DNA of 64,000 bases, from NCBI GenBank assembly GCA_965218795.1, contig OZ244653.1, positions 1,824,001 to 1,888,000 on the forward strand. The letters run 5' to 3'. Below are positions 39,968 through 50,429 of the stretch, piece after piece. The notes under the pieces were generated by a model. The model saw only the letters and a program-made list of their open reading frames with translations, ran no database searches and was not told the DNA's origin. This DNA is from a bacterium (GTDB lineage Bacteria > UBA8248 > JACPRG01 > G963555815). Made by a program: the position numbers and the translations under genes. Within the stretch, counting starts at the first letter, position 1. Every line of letters begins with the position of its first letter.

Positions 39968-40001
39968 AAATTTTCGCCGGCAAAGTTGCCGGCTAAAATT
40001 T
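39968..40001. promoter_or_regulatory. palindrome upstream of the BREX operon, candidate operator
   Basis: AAATTTTCGCCGGCAA-AG-TTGCCGGCTAAAATTT, 15 of 16 pairs matched. Confidence 0.5.
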
Positions 40002-40462
40002 AACTCATTGCTCTTACAAGCTCAGAGGAGACTCTATTCGCCGCGTACCTGATTGGATCGTCTGAAATGTGGGCATAGCGAACAACCTCAGCCCGGCGTC
40101 AGCGCCGGGCGTGATTATGTTTCGCTTGTCCGTATCCGATTGCCGTAAACGGCCGCCGTTTACCTACGCCCGCTGAGCGCCACGCGCCACGGAGAGGGCA
40201 AGCGTGGCCGTGAGCGGGGTGGCGAAGGCGCTCCGGAGAGCGAGGCACTGCCGCCGTCCTCATCCACTGACGCTCTCATATTTGTCAAGTGTTCGTTGAG
40301 GCAGTAAGGACACGGTCGCGCTCGGCGATCTCATCGTTCAGGTCGAGGCCTCTTCGGGCGAAGTATTTCAGTGAGGGCTTGATGTCTACCACAGGGTCGT
40401 GGTATCCGACGGTGTCCGCTCTCCAGACCGCGCAGGCGCGAAGGCACTGCATGCTAGTGAGA

Positions 40463-40942
40463 TTACGGATTGGTCGCGCAATATGCCTCAACAATTGCCG
40501 TGAGCGCCGTCTTGAGGACACCTGTTTCGGCAAACAGAGCATGGTGTTCATGCGCGTATCTCCACTCCACGAACAGATTCTTGTTTTGGGACAATGCGTC
40601 TCTTATGCCCGGATAGTACGGCGGCAATCCTGCCCCCGGTCCTGGAACTTCCGGCATCTTGTCCTCAAGTCGTCTCCGCGTGTTCTCCCCCAAGGCATCG
40701 AACAGCTCCAGAAGATCGTGAGTGTGATCGGGCGGCCCGTTGCGTTCTTTACATTGCCATGCCTTCAAACCGATCTCGGCGGCGAGGGACAGTAGGATCG
40801 GGACCGCTACAGACGTTCCTTCGAACCGTGAACCGTCACTCTGTCCAGACATCTCAGCGTCGTCGAGATGTTCCACAAGCCGCCGCAGTTCGTTTGCCCG
40901 GATCATCATGAGATCGGGATGCCAGACCACCTCCCGTGTCAT
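40463..40942 (-). CDS. HEPN-like domain protein
   Basis: LSLAAEIGLKA...THDLLELFDAL...FVEWRYAHE pattern. Confidence 0.6.
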   Translation of the reverse strand: MTREVVWHPDLMMIRANELRRLVEHLDDAEMSGQSDGSRFEGTSVAVPILLSLAAEIGLKAWQCKERNGPPDHTHDLLELFDALGENTRRRLEDKMPEVPGPGAGLPPYYPGIRDALSQNKNLFVEWRYAHEHHALFAETGVLKTALTAIVEAYCATNP

Positions 40943-41269
40943 CCCACCCTCCCCGCTGACCTGATTTCCGCCTGTTCGAGCACCGTCCGCGTCACCTTTT
41001 CCTGACATGTCAGGGTCAAACTATGCCACTGAACTCCGAACGGCTCCCCGTCATGCCATGTCTTGCCTTGCCATGCGCACGGCATCTCCGACTTTCCATC
41101 GTGTGTCTCGCACCCCCCCGGTTCGAACGCGCCCCGGCGCGTTCGGAGTCAACCACCGCGGGTTCCAATGCCGGAACTCAACTGACCGAGCAACGCAAGA
41201 CACCGTCGTGATCGCCACTGCCGCGGCGGATGCTTCGACGCGGTCGCGCCGCCGAGAGGGGAGTCTAGC

Positions 41270-41460
41270 CGGAAGCGGGGCGGCGGGTGGATGTCCGGGG
41301 GAGGGCATCCCCGCCGTTCCCGACCACCGGCACGAGGACGGCACCATGACGACAGCGATCGCGTTTCCCGGCAACACGCGTCCACCTTCCTGACGCACTT
41401 CTTCGGCAGCGGCCTCGCGGACGAGCGCTACGTCGTCGAGCGGTTCAAGGCGCTCGCCTG
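41270..41460 (+). pseudogene. third, truncated copy of the module leader and small gene
   Basis: GGCGGCGGGTGGATGTCCGGGGGAGGG leader, then FPGN...STFLTHFFGSGLADERYVVERFKALA with a frameshift. Confidence 0.65.
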
Positions 41461-41750
41461 GATTCCCACCCTTCGGCAAGGAGCACGTCCCATGTGCTCC
41501 AGCGGCCCGCGCGATCTGCGATTGGATCACCTCGTCTGGCTCGGCTTCCGTATTGTCCAACCACAGCCGATCATCCCAGTCAAACAGCGAGATTTCGACC
41601 GCGTCGTTGTTGTATCCATTGCTGAAAAACACGGCGGTCACATTGTAAGCGCGGAGCCTCAATTCCTGGATCATCTCGCGCAAATGGTCGATAGAAGACC
41701 CATGCGCTTGGGAGGAGAGAAACTAATACACAACAATTCGTCTGTTTCCT

Positions 41751-42650
41751 CTATCTTCCGGCAAACTCTCCATCCCGAAAAAGCTTGTGACAAGAACCGC
41801 AGGATTGCCATACATCCACCAATGCCCGAACGGCCTTGTCCACTTCCCCCCGATCCAGGGCGGCCACGAGTTCTCCCGTATCTCCCTTGAGCTTCTCCGA
41901 CAACTCGACGAATTTACCCTGCTCTGCGCCTACCCTCAGAGCAGGTATCAATTCAGCCATCCGATCCAAACGTCTCGCCCGCCTGGCGACAGCCTGAATC
42001 ACCTCTCTGCCGGCAGGATCCGGCAAATCGAGCTCCATCAGGGGACCGGCGAGAGCGGCGAACCTTCGGTATATATCACCCATCAACTCTTTGAGTCCCT
42101 GATAGCCGTATTCAAATTCAAACGTGGCCTCTCTCTTACGAAAATATTCTTCCCGCCTCTTGGAAAGGGCACTCAGGACCATTCTCTTGGGCTCCAGCAT
42201 CACAACCAGTTCGTACGCTCCCCGACGGTCCAGCCGAACGTTTCCCCCATAGTGGAACCCCCTTTCTCCGAACCTCGGCTCCATCGGGAAGTCCTTCCGG
42301 TACCCTTCCTCTCCTCGCGCCGACAGCGTGACAGCCAGTCTCGGGACCGGCTCCCTGAGACGGGTATCCTCAACGAAGACCTGAAAGTGATGTGTAAAAC
42401 CCGCCAGACTTTTATGTGTCTTTTCGATTTTTTCCCGATTGATGCAGGTCCGTCGAGGTGAAAGACGCTTCAGGCGGTTTCACGATCAGCGTAACGCGCG
42501 ATAGCCATTGACCAAATTCTTCCCGACCTGCATCCAGGTGCAGGCAAACCTCGTTACGTGGTGCCCCCCGGATGGGAGAGGAAAAATCGCCAAGGTGACC
42601 ATGACAACACCTGCCTGCAAGGACCAACGAACCTGACGACTGATCATGCG
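41751..42650 (-). pseudogene. P19/Tp34-like iron-transport domain fused to cytochrome c'; 5' part frameshifted, 5' end approximate
   Basis: THHFQVFVED...MEPRFGERGFHYGGNVRL..GAYEL followed by a helical domain ending CGSCHKLFR. Confidence 0.55.
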
Positions 42651-43249
42651 ATGCCGTCTCCTCAAGGGTCTGCCGCTCCCTCCTTCACACGACCTGAATC
42701 ATCGTTGTTTGACCCGCTCTTCGTGTTTGATGAAACTGTACCAGCCCACAGCATCCTTTGAGGTCCCAAAGCGCGATCGCCAAGTGCTCTTCGGACGGTT
42801 CCTGGTCACCGTCACAGGGCGTCGAAATTTTCCCCCGGTGTTCGACAAAATAACATTTGCCGCTGTCCGAGCGGCGCGGGGCGCATCGTTTCAGTTCTTT
42901 GTACTCGCCGCAAAGCGCGTTCCGATCAACACTGGAAATGGCCTCGGCGAGCCGAGTTGTGGGCCACTTTTTGTTGAAAAGAATATTGAAATCGCTTGGT
43001 GAGAAGCTCGAGATTTTCCCACTCCTTCCTCAGTGCGGCGATCCGTTGCCTTTCCGCTTGGAAGGCGATTCGGAACGCGCTCGGAGATCACGGGCCGATC
43101 GTGTCGCTCAATCGCCGGACAGCTCCAATCCCTCGGCACGCAGCGGCCTTACGGGTCGATGACGGTGTGCAGGGCGCAAGTGCCCATCGGGATCCCCGCG
43201 GAGTTTTTTTTCACAACCCGGACGATCACGTTTGCGTCGCAGCCGCCCG

Positions 43250-43504
43250 CGTTAGCAGCTTGCAGATGGTCATGATCGGTCGAATCCAGTTGGTTCTCGA
43301 TGATCACCGCGCGGTTGGTTCCGGTGTCGCGAGCCAGCAAATCCAGTGACAATGTCCCGACCTGGGCTTCGCTGGATTGCAGTTCGAGTTCCAATCCCAA
43401 GGCGGCGCCAAGTTCCGATACATGGTCCCGAGCCAAGGAGTGAAATCGGCGGCCTCACGGAGGTCGGCCGTTTCGATGCGACCAAGTCCCGCCGTTTCCG
43501 TCAT
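43250..43504 (-). pseudogene. DUF4268-type PD-(D/E)xK nuclease-like gene, N-terminal remnant
   Basis: LGRIETADLREAADFTPWL / ELGAALGLELEL..EAQVG.LSLDLLA...VIIENQLDSTDHDHL; frameshifted and truncated. Confidence 0.65.
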
Positions 43505-43577
43505 TGTTCTCTCTCTCCCTTTCGGTTTTTTATCGAACGCATGCGGCCTGTAGCCGGGTGCTTCTCGACGGCCGGGT

Positions 43578-43949
43578 TCATTTCGAGGCATCTTCCAAGA
43601 TCGTCGCCTGGGTCTCCCGGGCCGCCTTTATCATCTCGTCGAGCTCGTCGCCGCGCCCTTCGCGGAGCATTTCATCGCGCTTGAGGGTCGCAACGATGTA
43701 CGTGCTTCGATAGATGCGCTCGATCAGCGCGACGATTCCGGGCGGAATGGCGGCTGATTTGCCCTCGGCTGCATCCAGCGCCGCCATGCGAACGTACTCG
43801 GCGGCGGGCATTCCGCGCCGGACCGCGGCGCTTTCGACCAGTTCCCACTCGGGACCGGAGAAGCGAATCGTCTTTGGTGTTCGGGTATCGCCGCGTTTTT
43901 CCTCCTGCCGTGCTCCGATTTCCGACGGGTTTCGGGCGTCTCCACTCAT
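43578..43949 (-). CDS. ribbon-helix-helix (MobC-like) DNA-binding protein
   Basis: RTPKTIRFSGPEWELVESAAVRRGMPAAEYVRMAAL; AAGGAG RBS. Confidence 0.55.
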   Translation of the reverse strand: MSGDARNPSEIGARQEEKRGDTRTPKTIRFSGPEWELVESAAVRRGMPAAEYVRMAALDAAEGKSAAIPPGIVALIERIYRSTYIVATLKRDEMLREGRGDELDEMIKAARETQATILEDASK

Positions 43950-44520
43950 GATTTTGCTCCTTCTGGCGCCGGGTCGGGTCGGGAAGGGATGGATTTTCTG
44001 CGGTAAATCCATCAGTTCCCGGGTTCATCGTGCATTCGGTGGCGAATGCTTATTAGCATACGCGCTGGAAATCCCCTAGTCTCGTCGTATGCCGTTCAGC
44101 ATCCACATCGCCGAAGTGCAGGGAATTCAAGGGGTTTCGCCGATGCTGATCAGCATCGCCTCTGTCCAACAACATGGAGGGGTCCAAAGCGTCGAATGCG
44201 CACAGGAATGCAGGACAAGCGCGCGCATGGAGCGCAGGGCACCCCAGGTGCGTGGGGTGTGAGAGTAAAAGCGCCGACCGGCGTCCGACAGACCAAAATG
44301 CGAGGAACGAGCGAAGAGGGGATCTCCGCGGGCGCGGGACGCGCGGGGGAGCCGCCGCGGCGATTGAGCGGACGGCCGTGCGGAGCATGGTGCATGGAGC
44401 AGTGCGGGACGGAGTGAGCAGTGGGGTCCGCACCGGTGCGGTGCGAAGTGCGGCGGGCGGTGCAAGGAAGGAAGAACGGGCCGCGCCGCCGAAGCGACGC
44501 GACCCGCGAGGTCGTGCGGC

Positions 44521-45444
44521 TTATGCCGCGACGCGCTGGACCGGGATCCCGAGCTTGCGCGCCTTGTCGACCAGATTGTCCGTGATGCCCGAACCCGGGA
44601 ACGCGATGACGCCCTTGGGGAGGAGATCGAGCAGCTCGTCATTGCGCCGGAAGGGAGCCGCGCGTCCGTGTGCGTCCCAGTCGGGCTTGCAGACGATCTG
44701 ATGGACGCCGTTGCGGTCCGCCCACTTGGCCGCGATCTTCTCGACGCCGGGGCCGCCTCCGTGGACCAGGACCACGTCGTCGTACTTGGCCTTGAGCCTC
44801 TCGAGGGTGCGGATGATGGCGCCTGCGTCGCCGGCCTGCTTGCCGCCTGCCACCGCCACGAGGGTTCCCTGGGGCAGGAGCGCCTTGTTCTCGCGGTCCC
44901 TGCGGGCACGCTGGAAGTCGCGGGCATCGATCATGGCCGAAGTGAGCTTGCCGGTCTGGCTGGTGTGGGACCCGCGCCGGGGCCGCCAGAGGTCTCCGGT
45001 CTCGACCCGGTAGGCCTCGGCCGCGGTGTCTCTGAGCTGCTCGAAGGCGTCCCGCCGGTCCGTGAGGTTCTTGGTTCGGTCGGTGACGAGTTCGAGCTCT
45101 CGGGACTTGAACTCGGAGCCGTCCTGCTCGCGCTGGAGGTCGCGCATCTCGGGTACGAGCCTGTCGGCCGCGCGGTCGAGGCGTTGGGTCTGGGCGTCGA
45201 GCATGTTGACGAAGCCCCAGAGCAGGCTCTCGCGTTCGTCGGCGAGCTGCGTTCCGTCTGGCCCGACGCCCAGTGCGAGGATGCGGAAGGCTTCCGTGAC
45301 GGCGGAGAGGGCGTTCTCCGGGTCCCAGACCTCCCGGTTGTCGAATTCGTCGCGCTCTGGAGTTGCGCCGAAGAGAGCCGCCTGGTCGCAGACGGTGGCG
45401 GTGACGGACTGCGCTTGCGCTTGGATGTTGTCGATATCGTTCAT
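44521..45444 (-). CDS. DUF2493 (YspA/SLOG-family) domain protein, inner copy
   Basis: VAVAGG, VLVHGGGPGVEKIAAKWA, PDW..HGRAAPFRRND, IAFPGSGIT. Confidence 0.85.
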   Translation of the reverse strand: MNDIDNIQAQAQSVTATVCDQAALFGATPERDEFDNREVWDPENALSAVTEAFRILALGVGPDGTQLADERESLLWGFVNMLDAQTQRLDRAADRLVPEMRDLQREQDGSEFKSRELELVTDRTKNLTDRRDAFEQLRDTAAEAYRVETGDLWRPRRGSHTSQTGKLTSAMIDARDFQRARRDRENKALLPQGTLVAVAGGKQAGDAGAIIRTLERLKAKYDDVVLVHGGGPGVEKIAAKWADRNGVHQIVCKPDWDAHGRAAPFRRNDELLDLLPKGVIAFPGSGITDNLVDKARKLGIPVQRVAA

Positions 45445-46089
45445 GATGCTCTCCTTATGGATTGAGTGTAGAGAACCGTTACGGTTCGTTGTGCGGAGAG
45501 AGTCTCCGAACGTGATGGTTGAGTGGCCCACGCGCGCGCAGCAAAGCCACCGCGGCCGCAAGGCCTGGCGCGGCGAGTGGCGCGAGTGGTGCGGGCGCAC
45601 AAGCGACCGCAGGGAGCGCGGAGCCTCGGTCGCGTTTCTCGGCGCGCCTAGGCGCTTTTGCGCCGTAGCCTTGCGAGCCAAGGCCGGAACGGAGCGTAGC
45701 GGAGAGTAGGACCCCTTGGGGGTTGGCGCAGCGAGCACGTGTGGGACAATGGTCCATCACGTCGGGAGGAGTAGTGTTTGTTAGCCACTGGCGTGGACGC
45801 CCTGGGCGGTTCCGGAATTGAGATCCGGGTCTCGGGCGCCGGCCCGGCAAGCGGAGATTGCAGCGGAGAGCCCGGCCCGAAGGGATCGCCCGAAGACGGC
45901 ATGGCCCGTCACCGCAACGGACGCGTATCGACGAGTCGCTCCGCAACCTCGCAGGCGAGATTGCCATCGTGGTAGACCCTCGACGCATACGGGGCGATGC
46001 ACTTGAAAGTGACGGATTGCATGGTGCGGTTCTCCTTCCGTGTTGCCGATGCCCGGGGCCCTCTCTCTCCCTCCTCGCGGCGTTCGCCC

Positions 46090-47093
46090 CGCTCCCGCTC
46101 TTCCCTCCCTCTCTCCGACCCGCTGCGGCGCGGGGAACAGGGCGGCGAGCCGAAGGGCCAGGGCCCGGGGTCCGAGAGCAACGAGATCGTCGTTGAAGTC
46201 GCCGTATTCGGAGACGATGACGTGGGCGGCGACGCCCGCCCGCGCGCAGCGCCGGGCGAGGCGTTGGGCGGCCCGCTCTCCCTCGGAATCGTTGTCCCGG
46301 ACGATGACGAGGCGCGCGACGCCGCCAGGCGGAGCGAAGGCGCCGAGGCTTCCGGCCGAGAGCGCGGCGGCCGAAATGACCCCGGGCGCCGCGGTGACGA
46401 TCGACAGAACGGTCTCGGTGCCTTCGCCGACGAGCAGCGAAGCGGCGGCGGCGGGCCTGCCGAAGCGCACGGCGCGTCCGTGGATGCGGCCGAGCGCCTT
46501 GCGCGGGGCCGCGACGTCCGCCTTGGCGGGCAAGCGCGAATCGAGCCAGGTGCGCTGCACCCCGTGGATGGCGCCGTCGTCGCCGGTCACGGCGGCGACC
46601 AGCGCCGGGAAACGGCGCAGGGAAGAGCCTTCGCGATAGCGAAGCTCGGGATGGAAGCGCAATGCCGGGAACCGGCAGCGCGCGAGTCCGCGGGCGCGGA
46701 GATAGGCCTCGGCATGGGTGCCGTGGATGGCGCGGCAACGCCGCCAGAGGCGGCGGGCCGCTTCCGTTGCGTCGTAGCTCTCGCCCGACGCCGGCGGAGC
46801 CGGCAGGGCGAGGAAGGCCCGGGCCTCGGCGCGCCCGAGCGATGCCGGACGAGATCGAGCAGGTCGCCGTGCTCTCCGGTGGCCGCGTCGGCCCACTTCC
46901 CGGGAACACCGGGACCGTGCAGGCGGACGAAGAGCGAGCGGCCGCGAGCGCCTTCGAGATCGCCGGCGACCCAGTACCGGCCCTGCTTGCGGCCCTGGGG
47001 CAGGTAACGCCGGCACACGGCCTCGGCGCTCGCTCCGAGCGTGGCGGCCATGTCGGCGGCTGGAGATGCGGAACGGGACGATGGGGGCGGCAT
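46090..47093 (-). pseudogene. Toprim-domain (primase-like) protein, frameshifted, inner copy; 3' end approximate
   Basis: GKWADAATGEHGDLLDL, AEAYLRARG, GVQRTWL, VGEGTET, RDNDSEG; frame change near 46830. Confidence 0.75.
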
Positions 47094-47287
47094 GACGGGC
47101 CTCCTCTGGATGGACGGGGAACGCCCGATACCGGCCGGCCTTTGCCTCCGGCCGGCGCCGGAGGGCGAAGCGCCGCGCGTAGCGCCGACGCGATGCCCGA
47201 ACGGGTACGGACTCGGAACAGGCGGCAAAAAGAAAGGCCGACGCGCGAAGCGCCGGCCCAGGTAGAGGGAAGAAACGGAATGCGTGC

Positions 47288-47713
47288 TCAGAACGGGATG
47301 TCGTCCATGGGCGCTTCGGCGGACGGCGTCTCTGTCTCCGCGACCGGCGCGCCGTTGCCGTTCGGCTTGTCGAGGAACTGCACGCGCCCGCCCGGAACCA
47401 GCAGGATCTCGGTCGAGAACCGGTCGGAGTCCTCGTCGTCCTTCTTCCAGCGACGGGTCTGCAGCTTGCCAGCCACATAGACCAGCCGGCCCTTCGTCGC
47501 GTGCTTTTCGAACATGTCCACCAGCCCGGGCTGGAACGTCACGACCCGGTGCCACTCGGTCTTGTCGACCCGGTCTCCGGTCTGCTTGTCGATGTAGCCC
47601 TCGTCGGTGGCGATGGACAGGTTGGCCACGCGTCCGCCGCTGGCGAGGTGGTTGACGGTGACGTCGGCGCCCAGGCGTCCGATCACTTCAGCGCGATTGA
47701 GTCCGAAGGCCAT
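47288..47713 (-). CDS. ssb: single-stranded DNA-binding protein, intact inner copy
   Basis: LNRAEVIGRLGAD, TEWHRVV, KGRLVYVAGKLQTRRW, C-terminal DDIPF. Confidence 0.95.
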   Translation of the reverse strand: MAFGLNRAEVIGRLGADVTVNHLASGGRVANLSIATDEGYIDKQTGDRVDKTEWHRVVTFQPGLVDMFEKHATKGRLVYVAGKLQTRRWKKDDEDSDRFSTEILLVPGGRVQFLDKPNGNGAPVAETETPSAEAPMDDIPF

Positions 47714-47790
47714 GACGAATCTCCTTATGGTTAAGGTGTGGAAGACGATGGGTGACGGGAGATCCTCTCTCCCAAGCCCCTTGGTTCACC

Positions 47791-47919
47791 CTAGAAGAGC
47801 GTCTCTCCTTCTTCTCCGGCTTCTGTCCGGATCCTTCGGATGGTGTGGGCATCGAGTCCGATCTCGGCTAGCAGTTCGTCAGTGGTGGTGACATCGAGTT
47901 CGAGGTCACAGTCGAGCAT
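47791..47919 (-). CDS. 42-aa acidic protein upstream of ssb, inner copy
   Basis: MLDCDLELDVTTTDELLAEIGLDAHTIRRIRTEAGEEGETLF; AGGAGA RBS. Confidence 0.6.
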   Translation of the reverse strand: MLDCDLELDVTTTDELLAEIGLDAHTIRRIRTEAGEEGETLF

Positions 47920-48476
47920 GGGCTGGTCTCCTGTTCCGGGGTTGCCAATTCCCGGCATCGGGACCGGGAGACCGTTCTCCCTCTCCCATGCCGGGCGTTC
48001 GCCCGGCCCTTGCTTCCCTCTAGCTCGAAGGACGGAGACGGAACCCTGGGAGCTCAGAGAGCGCGATGGACGCCGGCAGCCGCTCGCGGACCACGCCGTT
48101 GCGGTCGTTCATGAACGGACAGGCGGAGTGAGTGCGCGGGACCGGGGCGATGCGGCGTGTTCGCGCCTCCCGACCGTCGATGAGGAGCCGGATCTCCCAG
48201 GGTGCGTTTCGAGGTCGTAAGAAGGACAGAAGGCATAGTCTGGGTTCTCCGGCGGGGTGTGTGCGGTGATGTGCAGGTCTACTGTGATCGTTCCGCGATG
48301 CGCGGGGAGCGCGTGGGTAATCGTCCCCCCCGGCAATGGCAATACGGATTCTGGACGGATCCGGGCCGACGATGTGTATTCGGGCGGACGGCAAGCCGGC
48401 TGTACGGACAGGCTCAGTCCTCCTGGGGCGAGCGCTTGTGGACGCGTTCGAGCAAGCTGCCGTCGAACGCCTATGG

Positions 48477-49298
48477 CTACCCCGTGAAGGTCGCCATGGG
48501 TGACTGGTCGCTTATCACCTCCACCTGATCGTGAGACAGCCTTGCGAAGGCCATGCACATGGCCACCTCCTCCCAGCTGTCCCAGGTCCCGTGGTCCTCG
48601 CCCGTGGCGGTCTCGATCACGGTGTAGCGAGGCGGAAGGATCGGAAGGCCCCGGTGCTGGCCCGACCGCACCCAGGACCGATGCGCGCACGGCACGCACC
48701 GCGCCGCTCCCTGCGAGGGTTGGCCGCAGTCCGTGCAACGCCACCTCTCTCGCCTTTGGGCGTAGCGCCTTCGGCTGACCGCGTTCTTCCGTGGATGGCG
48801 CCCGGCCTCCAGGGCAGCGCAGGGACCGCAACGGGAGGCGCCTTCAAGGGCATGTCTTCCACACCTGCCGCACCGGCCCTCGGCCCGCCGGCCGGCATAC
48901 TGCTCCCGTTCGGCCGCCTGCCGGATGTCACGGCAAGCCCGGCAGGTCGTGCCGCCCTCTACGGGAGGACGGTGGCCGCATCGCGTGCAAAGGCCGGCGT
49001 CCCGGAGTGCCCCGAGGCGCTTCCTGCTTCTCTCCCGCCCGATCCTCCGGCGGTCCTTGGGATCCCGGCCGCCGTAGAGCCTGCCTTCGGCCTTGCCCCT
49101 GGCGTACCGGGCGCGCTCGGCCTTGCGCTTCTTCTCGCCGCAGGAGCGGCACAGTCTGCGGTCGGGAGGGAGGGGCTCTCTTCCACATTTGGGGCAGAGG
49201 CCCTGGGCGAGGCGCTCCTTGGTGAGCCGGCGGTAGCGTTCCCGATCTTGCTCGCGGGCCTTGCCTAGGTCCCTGTAGGGCACCGGCATGTCCTCCAT
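48477..49298 (-). CDS. Arg-rich multi-zinc-finger protein (8 CxxC), inner copy
   Basis: same 273-aa length and all 16 CxxC cysteines conserved relative to 22178-22999. Confidence 0.8.
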   Translation of the reverse strand: MEDMPVPYRDLGKAREQDRERYRRLTKERLAQGLCPKCGREPLPPDRRLCRSCGEKKRKAERARYARGKAEGRLYGGRDPKDRRRIGRERSRKRLGALRDAGLCTRCGHRPPVEGGTTCRACRDIRQAAEREQYAGRRAEGRCGRCGRHALEGASRCGPCAALEAGRHPRKNAVSRRRYAQRRERWRCTDCGQPSQGAARCVPCAHRSWVRSGQHRGLPILPPRYTVIETATGEDHGTWDSWEEVAMCMAFARLSHDQVEVISDQSPMATFTG

Positions 49299-49367
49299 GA
49301 GGTTGGAATCGGGACGACGGACGACCGGCCGGCGACGGGCCGGCGGGACGTCCCTTGAGAACGCCGT

Positions 49368-49658
49368 TCAGCGCTGCAACATGTTCCGCCAGAGAACATT
49401 GCAGCCCCAGTACTGGACCCCGGAGTTCCGGAGGTTGATTCCGGTTGCAACGATGATCTCGTCCCGCGCGGGCCGCATCTTCCGGACCGCCTGCCGGGAC
49501 ACGTTGGTCCTCGTCCCTCCGTCGCGAAGGGGCCGGATGTCGCCGTCGGCCATGGACCGGAAGCGCTCGATCATGTAGCGGTCGTCATCGAGACCTTGGC
49601 CGAACAGGTGGGTGAGGAAGGTGCTTGCGTTGCCGGGATGGGTCTGGACCGTGCGCAT
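49368..49658 (-). CDS. conserved small hypothetical protein, inner copy
   Basis: near-identical to 21810-22106 except for the C-terminus. Confidence 0.7.
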   Translation of the reverse strand: MRTVQTHPGNASTFLTHLFGQGLDDDRYMIERFRSMADGDIRPLRDGGTRTNVSRQAVRKMRPARDEIIVATGINLRNSGVQYWGCNVLWRNMLQR

Positions 49659-49784
49659 GGCGCCGTCTCCTTCGGATGGGTGATCGGGAATGGCGAGGAC
49701 GCCCTCTCCCGGGACATCCGTCCGCCGCCCCGCTCACGGCCCGGCTCGGTCTCTTGGCGGTGCACCGCGCGCCAAGGAGAACGG

Positions 49785-50230
49785 CTCACGCGATAGCGGT
49801 CCAGGGTGCGGGGCGACAGGCCCAGGAAGGCCGCCACCTCGCACGTGCTCATGTAGCTCTCGTCTTGCATCACTTCCTCCCTTTGCCTTGTGGGATCGAT
49901 GGGAACCCCCGGGGTGCCGTCCTTGATCGCAGCCCTCACGGCCTCGCGTTCGGCCGGGCTCGAGTTGGCCGCCATCCAGGTGCGTACGCAGTCGAACGTA
50001 TGCAGCGTCGGGGATGATCCGCAGCGCAGCCGCACCACGAAGGATGGATCTCCTACCGGTTCCTCGTCCATGAATGCCAGCACCTTGTCGGCAGTGGCCA
50101 CCCGCACCGCCGCGCCTCTCGCGAGGCGGCCCACGAAATTCGGATTCCCGAGCGCCAGTTCGCCGAAGCGGGTGCGCGTCATGCCGACCGCGGCGATGAA
50201 CGCCTCGATGGCGTTCTCCTGAGTCTGCCT
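49785..50230 (-). pseudogene. decayed Cro-like HTH and excisionase/AlpA-like HTH genes
   Basis: MTRTRFGELALGNPNFVGRLARG...TADKVLAFM and YMSTCEVAAFLGLSPRTLDRYRV (truncated). Confidence 0.6.
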
Positions 50231-50429
50231 GCTGTCCGAAGTAGCGGATTGGGTGTCTGTCGCGGTGTTTATGGGGCAAGAATAAAAAAAGAACGACTAT
50301 CGTTGACAATAGGACTGTATAGGGCACAAGTCATTCGCGACGACACAACCGCGAGGACGTGCGATGGAACGCGACCCGGTACGATAGAAAAATACCAACC
50401 TGCTTTGGTACCGCGGCCTCACCATGCGC

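Noticed and set aside
45445-45738. ~97-aa N-terminal extensions of the DUF2493 ORFs (also 59494-59787)
   Set aside because: A strong RBS precedes MNDIDN; the extension overlaps the fold-back element and is low-complexity Arg/Pro/Ser.
45781-47478. 565-aa ORF (and 450-aa ORF 57428-58780) as single genes
   Set aside because: Their N-termini are off-frame readings of ssb and of the Toprim N-domain; only the distal part is real Toprim sequence.
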